From Candidatus Omnitrophota bacterium (GTDB lineage: Bacteria > Omnitrophota > Gorgyraeia > Zapsychrales > JBDRMG01), in contig JBDRMG010000001.1 of the NCBI GenBank assembly GCA_043812495.1, positions 1 to 53,449 on the forward strand: a stretch of 53,449 nt of DNA, in the 5' to 3' direction. Shown in pieces: positions 48,237 through 53,449 of the stretch. Position numbers and translations under genes: made by a program. The first letter of the stretch is position 1. Every line of letters starts with the position of its first letter. A model generated the notes under the pieces. That model did no database searches and was not told where the DNA came from. It saw only the letters and a program-made list of their open reading frames with translations.

Positions 48237-48791
48237 ATGATGAACAAAATCTTAATAGGCCTACTTATTTTTCTTGGTGTAATCGTTTCATCTGTCTTGG
48301 CTCAAGAGGCGAGCGAACGGCTGACCCAGGAAGAATTTGCCTGCGAAATGATCAAGACCATGAACCTAGACAGCAGGCTTCCTTTGGCCGCTTTGCCCGG
48401 TGATTGCGTGGACGTTCTTGAGGGTTTTGGTATCGCGCCCATGACCGGCTGGGACAATAAGGCTTACTTATCGCAAGAAGACTATTTGGTTATTTTATCC
48501 AAGGCCGAGGGGAAAGAGGCCATGCTTTACAAAACAGCCAACGCGGTTGAGAAAAAGAATGCGGAAGTCATCAATCAAAAATGGCAAGAATCCTATCAGA
48601 AAACCAAGAAATGGATGTCTTTAAGCGAACTCATGGAAGATAAAAATTATTTCCCCAAAGGTGCGCCCAAAAGTCCCTTTGGCGTTCGTTATCGCGATCG
48701 TAACAACGACCACAAAGTCGATGAACCCTTCCTGCCTATTGTCGGCTTAATCGAAATGCGGGAATTGCTGTCCTACCCCATCCAGAAGTAA
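48237..48791 (+). CDS. Hypothetical periplasmic protein (SLH-like motifs)
   Basis: Signal peptide VLA-Q; LTQEEFA..GIAP..GW..LSQED. Confidence 0.6.
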   Translation: MMNKILIGLLIFLGVIVSSVLAQEASERLTQEEFACEMIKTMNLDSRLPLAALPGDCVDVLEGFGIAPMTGWDNKAYLSQEDYLVILSKAEGKEAMLYKTANAVEKKNAEVINQKWQESYQKTKKWMSLSELMEDKNYFPKGAPKSPFGVRYRDRNNDHKVDEPFLPIVGLIEMRELLSYPIQK

Positions 48792-48841
48792 AATTTAACT
48801 CCTTAACGATTGTCATTGAATCCATTTAAGATTTTGTTATA

Positions 48842-49270
48842 ATGAACATCATGACGAAACGAACACTTTGGACTTTGGTTTTGATTGTTTGCCTTTCTTT
48901 AACGGGATGCGCACATATTACCGAATTCACCAAAAAACTTTGGGGTTCTTCCACCGAAGCCTTGGAAGAGGCGCGCATTGATGCGGAAAGACGCATTTTT
49001 CAATGCAAAGATCTGGATTGCTTTGATCAGGTTTTGCAAATCGCCGAAGAAGAGGAATTAACGGTTTTTATCCAAGACCGCAAGAAAAGCATGATTGTTT
49101 TAATGGGCATTCCTGAGGTGATTGATACCACAGAGATCGGTGTTTTCTTTTTGGGATTAGGTGAGACCGAAACAAAGGTGGAAATCAGTTCCTTAAGTCA
49201 GAATGCCAAGAACAAAGCCTCGGATCTTATTTTCATGAGACTTGCCGAGAGCTTTAAAGAAATACGTTAG
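48842..49270 (+). CDS. Putative lipoprotein
   Basis: Lipobox LTG-C. Confidence 0.7.
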   Translation: MNIMTKRTLWTLVLIVCLSLTGCAHITEFTKKLWGSSTEALEEARIDAERRIFQCKDLDCFDQVLQIAEEEELTVFIQDRKKSMIVLMGIPEVIDTTEIGVFFLGLGETETKVEISSLSQNAKNKASDLIFMRLAESFKEIR

Positions 49271-49419
49271 TGCCGCTGCAACTAATATTTGCGAAATTTG
49301 TGGTGGCTATCCGATATTCAAAGAGAACCTTACTTTTTCATCAGAAACAAGTTGCAGCGGCACAAGCGCCGCTGATCTTTTTCTTCAAGCTATCTGCTTT
49401 TTAGCATTCCAAATTCACC

Positions 49420-50439
49420 ATGCAAAAACACGCAAAAATCCTTTGCACCCTTGGCCCCGCCAGTTCGACCAAAATAATTATCCGTAAAATGATTCAGGAA
49501 GGCATGGATGTCATTCGCCTCAACTTCTCCCATGGTAATCATCAAGAGCATAAGAAACGCATCGATGTCATTCGAAGCTTAAATCGGAAGCGTCGCCGGC
49601 CTATCAAAATCCTCCAGGATCTGGAGGGATTCCGCATCCGCGTGGGTCACCTCGAAAATCCCATTCTCCTTAAGAAAGGCGAACAGATCACCATCACAAA
49701 AGAATCGTTATGCAAAAAAGGAGATATTCCTTTTGATTATGAGGGAGACCTTAAGAAGATAAGGAGAGGTCTTTGTCTTTTTATGGATGATGGGCAAATG
49801 ATGGTCAAGGTCATTCGCTCAAACGCCGAACGATTGACAGGCGAAGTGGTCTTTGGCGGACTTCTGAAGGAACGCAAAGGCATCAACATCCCGGGCTTTA
49901 ATTTACAATCCAATGTAATGACTTTGAAGGATCAACGGGACATGGTATTTGGTATTGCGCAAAAAGTTGACTTTATAGCACAATCCTTTGTGCGCAACAA
50001 AAAGGACATCGAGCGTGTCGTGCGTTTGGTCAAACCAAAACTGCCAAAATGCAAATTTATCGCTAAGATCGAAAATCAAGATGGCATCACGCATCTGGAT
50101 GAAATCATGGAGGCTTGCGACGGTATTATGATCGCGCGCGGTGATTTGGGAATTTCTGTGCCGATTTATAAAATCGCCATGATTCAAAAAGACATTATTC
50201 GCCGATGCAACAAAAAGAAAAAGTTTGTCATCACGGCAACGCAGATGCTTGAAAACATGGTTGAGCACAATCGGCCGACCCGAGCCGAAGTAACGGATGT
50301 GGCCAACGCGATTCTGGACGGAACGGATTATGTAATGCTTTCGGCGGAAACCGCGTCAGGCCGTTTTCCGGTGCAAAGCGTTCGGATGATGCGCCAGATC
50401 GTTGATTTCACAGAAGGATCACAAAAGGCGAAAAGATGA
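49420..50439 (+). CDS. pyk: Pyruvate kinase lacking the C-terminal domain (339 aa)
   Basis: KILCTLGPAS, RLNFSHG, AKIEN, MIARGDLG, ATQMLE, PTRAEVTDVANA, MLSAETA.G.FP. Confidence 0.92.
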   Translation: MQKHAKILCTLGPASSTKIIIRKMIQEGMDVIRLNFSHGNHQEHKKRIDVIRSLNRKRRRPIKILQDLEGFRIRVGHLENPILLKKGEQITITKESLCKKGDIPFDYEGDLKKIRRGLCLFMDDGQMMVKVIRSNAERLTGEVVFGGLLKERKGINIPGFNLQSNVMTLKDQRDMVFGIAQKVDFIAQSFVRNKKDIERVVRLVKPKLPKCKFIAKIENQDGITHLDEIMEACDGIMIARGDLGISVPIYKIAMIQKDIIRRCNKKKKFVITATQMLENMVEHNRPTRAEVTDVANAILDGTDYVMLSAETASGRFPVQSVRMMRQIVDFTEGSQKAKR

Positions 50440-50705
50440 TTAAAGTAGAAATATTGGCCCCAGCGGATAAAAATACTGAGTATTTTGAGAAAGCAATCAA
50501 AACAGCGGCTCGCGGACTCAATATGGAAATTCAAATTATGTGCACAAGCAATTTTGCGGCCTATACCAAGCATTCCATCAATCCGTCCCAATCTCCTATC
50601 GTGTTGATCAACGGAAATGTAGAATTTACTTCTCAAATCCCCGATCCTGAGACCATCAAACGAAAGTTAACAGATATCCGCAATCAAGCCGGATCTCTTT
50701 ATTGA
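50436..50705 (+). CDS. Small thioredoxin-fold protein lacking CxxC
   Basis: IKVEIL..(APADKN in place of GxxCxxC)..SPIVLING.V....IP. Confidence 0.6.
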   Translation: MIKVEILAPADKNTEYFEKAIKTAARGLNMEIQIMCTSNFAAYTKHSINPSQSPIVLINGNVEFTSQIPDPETIKRKLTDIRNQAGSLY

Positions 50706-50887
50706 GAAAAGAGTCGAATCAATTTATGGGCCATTCTTGTTTGGATTGATAAATATCTCATAACTTTAAGAAAGACAAATAGATGATGAAAAAGATTGAA
50801 TGGTCCAGGTTCTTTCATTCACTCTAAATAAGAAAGAACCCAATTTATTGCTTGAAGATTCCAACGATTTAGTATATAAAATGAACA

Positions 50888-51403
50888 ATGATTGAGCACG
50901 AATTACTTTTCTTAGGACTTTTGATGGAAGGCCCCAAGCATGGCTACGAAATCAAGCGCATGCTGGACGAGCAATTATTTCCATTTGTCAGCCTGAAGAT
51001 CAAATCGATTTATTATCCTCTCAAGAAGATGGAGCAACTGGGTCTTGTCGATAAGGACGTAGGACGAGAGGGCCGGTGGCCGGAAAAATTTGTTTATAGC
51101 ATTACACCCAAAGGGGAGAAGATTTTTCAACATCTTGTGAATGAAAGTTTTTTGTCGATCGAGCGTCCGTACTTTAGCATTGATTTAGCCCTTTATTTCA
51201 TTCCTTATGTAGATAAAAATATTGCTCGCAAACGGCTACGTGCGCGGGTTATTTTATTAAAGAGAATCAAAAGAGACCTTTCCAATCTGAAGAAAACGAT
51301 AAACCCTCCCAAAGATCACCTCATTGTTATCCTCGAGCACGAATTTGACCTTGTTAGTGCAGAAATAAAATCCATTTCCCGCCTTATCGAGACAATAAAG
51401 TAG
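50888..51403 (+). CDS. PadR-family transcriptional regulator
   Basis: LGLL..GPKHGYEI, SIYY.L..ME..GLV, YSIT.KG. Confidence 0.9.
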   Translation: MIEHELLFLGLLMEGPKHGYEIKRMLDEQLFPFVSLKIKSIYYPLKKMEQLGLVDKDVGREGRWPEKFVYSITPKGEKIFQHLVNESFLSIERPYFSIDLALYFIPYVDKNIARKRLRARVILLKRIKRDLSNLKKTINPPKDHLIVILEHEFDLVSAEIKSISRLIETIK

Positions 51404-51516
51404 TATTATTGGTCTTTTCCTTATTAATGGAACAGTCAATAATATTTTCTCTATACGAGAAAGAAGACCTAATATTGACTTCCACCGTTCCTTTAATAAA
51501 GAAAAAGTCAATAATA
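51404..51516. repeat. AT-rich long imperfect inverted repeat
   Basis: TATTATTGGTCTTTTCCTTATTAATGGAAC / GTTCCTTTAATAAAGAAAAAGTCAATAATA plus inner AGTCAATA/TATTGACT. Confidence 0.65.
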
Positions 51517-51542
51517 AATTGATATAATTCTTGATATAATTC

Positions 51543-51591
51543 TTGACAAATTTGATTGATATACTAAAATCAGACTAGTAAAATTTGACTA
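51543..51591 (+). promoter_or_regulatory. Putative sigma-70 promoter with downstream palindromic operator
   Basis: TTGACA-16 nt-TAAAAT; TAGTAAAATTTGACTA near-palindrome at 51576-51591. Confidence 0.55.
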
Positions 51592-51606
51592 TTCCTGGAG
51601 GAAAGA

Positions 51607-53109
51607 ATGAAAGTTCAACAAATACTGAAGGATACGACAAATCGTTTTTCCCAAAAGCCGGCTATCATCTATAAAGATACGTCAATTTCTTTCCAAGCCC
51701 TATATGAAAATGTGCTTAAGTTGGCTAGCGCCTTGAGAGAGTTGGGCGCAAGAAAAGGTGATAGGATAGCAATTTATCTTCCCAATGTCCTGGAATATAT
51801 CTATAGCTACCTGGCTATATTTACACTTGGCGCTGTTGGCGTGCCCCTTGATTTTATGTTAAAAACGGATGAGCTCATATGCTGTCTCGACCATTCAGAA
51901 GCAAAATTTCTGATAGCCGTTGCGAAAGAAGATGTTTCCTTAGAAGAGCTCAAAAATAAGATTCATTCTCTCGATCAAATTATCGTGATAGGTCCAAGTC
52001 TGCCCGGATTCATTGCTTACAATGAAATCATGACTAAAGCTCAAGCGGCGTTTGATCCGATTGATATCAACGATAAGGATTCTGCCTTAATCATGTACAC
52101 GTCCGGGACGACAGGCAGACCCAAAGGCATTCTTCTGAATTATAAGCATCTCGAAGGATCCCCTAAAGCCATGGAGCACTTTGTGGATCTTACGGATCAA
52201 GACGTCAAGCTTTCCGCTTTGCCTTTAAGCCATATCGCCGGCTTGATCTACATACAGAATTGCATTATGTTCGGCATTACTTTGGTCATGATGGAACGAT
52301 TCAATCCATTTGAATTCCTGAAAAATATCCAAACCTACAAAGTCACCTGTTTTCATGTTGTTCCGGCGATGTATATGGCGTTTTTATCGCTTAAGGAAAT
52401 TGAGAAATTTGATTTATCAAGTTTGCGATGGGTTGTTGTTTTCGGTGCGCCCAGTTCACCCGATATTTTAAGGAAATTCCACCAATACTGTCCGAGCGCG
52501 CATTTTTTGAACGGTTGGGGCATGACCGAAACCTGCCCACCCAATGTTGTCACGCCATTGGGAAGCGATAAGATTGCAAGCGTCGGAAAACCATCCCCGC
52601 ACTGCCAAATTAAAATCTTTGACGAAGACGATCAAGAAGTCGCGCATGGAGAGATTGGAGAAATCGTTATAAGCGGCTGGGTTGTGATGGACGGCTATTA
52701 CAAAGATCCAAAGACCACCGAAGAGCTTATGAAGAATGGCTGGTTTCATACAGGCGACTTAGGCCGATTTGATGAAGAAGGATATCTCTATATCGTCGGC
52801 CGCAAAAAAGAAATGATTAAAGTCGGCGGGCAAATTGTCTATGCCCCGGAGGTAGAGACGGCCCTCCATAAGCATGATTCTGTGAGAGAAGTTGCTGTCG
52901 TGGGTGTTCCGGATCAACTGAGGGGAGAGGTCGTCAAAGCCTTTGTTGTTTTAAAGGAAAACAATAGCATAAGCGCGGAAGATTTACGGTATTTTGCGCG
53001 CGAGCATTTGGCGCATTTCAAAGTTCCCCAAACCATTGAACTCAGGAATGAATTGCCGAAGAATCGCACGGGTAAAATCGATAAAGAACTATTAAAGCAA
53101 GGAGCATAA
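51607..53109 (+). CDS. AMP-dependent (long-chain acyl-CoA-type) ligase
   Basis: YTSGTTGRPKG, GWGMTET, GWFHTGDLG, GRKKEMI, LPKNRTGKI. Confidence 0.9.
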   Translation: MKVQQILKDTTNRFSQKPAIIYKDTSISFQALYENVLKLASALRELGARKGDRIAIYLPNVLEYIYSYLAIFTLGAVGVPLDFMLKTDELICCLDHSEAKFLIAVAKEDVSLEELKNKIHSLDQIIVIGPSLPGFIAYNEIMTKAQAAFDPIDINDKDSALIMYTSGTTGRPKGILLNYKHLEGSPKAMEHFVDLTDQDVKLSALPLSHIAGLIYIQNCIMFGITLVMMERFNPFEFLKNIQTYKVTCFHVVPAMYMAFLSLKEIEKFDLSSLRWVVVFGAPSSPDILRKFHQYCPSAHFLNGWGMTETCPPNVVTPLGSDKIASVGKPSPHCQIKIFDEDDQEVAHGEIGEIVISGWVVMDGYYKDPKTTEELMKNGWFHTGDLGRFDEEGYLYIVGRKKEMIKVGGQIVYAPEVETALHKHDSVREVAVVGVPDQLRGEVVKAFVVLKENNSISAEDLRYFAREHLAHFKVPQTIELRNELPKNRTGKIDKELLKQGA

Positions 53110-53110
53110 G

Positions 53111-53449
53111 ATGCCGACTATGAAAAGAGATATTCATATGACAGGGCGGGACTTAATGGGGATGGTGCAGCTTAGGCCGCAGGATATAGGAAAATATACA
53201 ATCGTCCCCGGACCCAAAGAACGGCTTGAAAATTTGATTAAAAAGATTGAAAATCCCGTAAAGAATTTTTCCTTTATGGAATATACGATGTATACCGGGA
53301 CATATCAGGGGATAAAGATTACGGCAATCAACGGCGGCAGGTTTTCCACGGATACTTCTATTACTACTGAAGTTATCTGTAATGCTGAAATAAAGAATAT
53401 AATCCGTATCGGTACATGCGGAGCGTTTGACGAAAATATAAAGATAGGC
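53111..53449 (+). CDS. Uridine/purine nucleoside phosphorylase family protein (3' partial); absent from the ORF track
   Basis: MPTMKRD..IVPGPKERL..TMYTGTYQG..IIRIGTCGAF..IKIG, open to the window end. Confidence 0.8.
   Translation, partial: MPTMKRDIHMTGRDLMGMVQLRPQDIGKYTIVPGPKERLENLIKKIENPVKNFSFMEYTMYTGTYQGIKITAINGGRFSTDTSITTEVICNAEIKNIIRIGTCGAFDENIKIG

Noticed and set aside
231..52749. Numerous short overlapping or antisense ORFs in the track (e.g. 231-704, 9126-9644, 37822-38268, 38309-38764, 41476-41922)
   Set aside because: They overlap well-supported genes and show no family motifs or SD support.
1..53449. CRISPR array, transposase, integrase or prophage
   Set aside because: No regularly spaced direct repeats and no ORF with such motifs; the repeats are dispersed palindromes.

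Overview
A 53.4-kb core-chromosome segment, almost entirely on the + strand, from a diderm anaerobe. The gene set resembles Candidatus Omnitrophota/PVC, but that assignment is inference. Housekeeping and metabolic genes: fused NfnAB-like oxidoreductase, panB, glyQS, ppdK, a sigma-70 factor, apt, tRNA-Arg(CCT), prmA, ArfB-like protein, moeA/moaC, apbE, glucan phosphorylase, thyA-folA, hldD, a short pyk and an acyl-CoA ligase. It also encodes envelope proteins and c-di-GMP components (GGDEF, REC-EAL, GEMM-I riboswitch). No CRISPR array, transposase, integrase or prophage was seen. Main findings: (1) at least 8 copies of an intergenic two-hairpin element with fixed junction motifs (ATGA-N..N'-GAATTDA-YCC) but covarying, nested, interchangeable stems; (2) palindromic elements inserted inside structured RNAs, namely an 82-nt insert in the core of the c-di-GMP-I riboswitch and split tRNA-Arg remnants flanking the intact tRNA; (3) a complete RsbW/RsbV/CHASE2-PP2C partner-switch module wrapped around an MlaE-MlaF-MlaD transporter, followed by riboswitch-preceded subtilase, FecR and beta-barrel genes; (4) a frameshift-split ParA-CBM48 fusion; (5) an HTH-less LacI sensor behind a sigma factor; (6) an uncalled Flp-type pilin; (7) a coiled-coil gene whose frame continues through two in-frame TAA stops.
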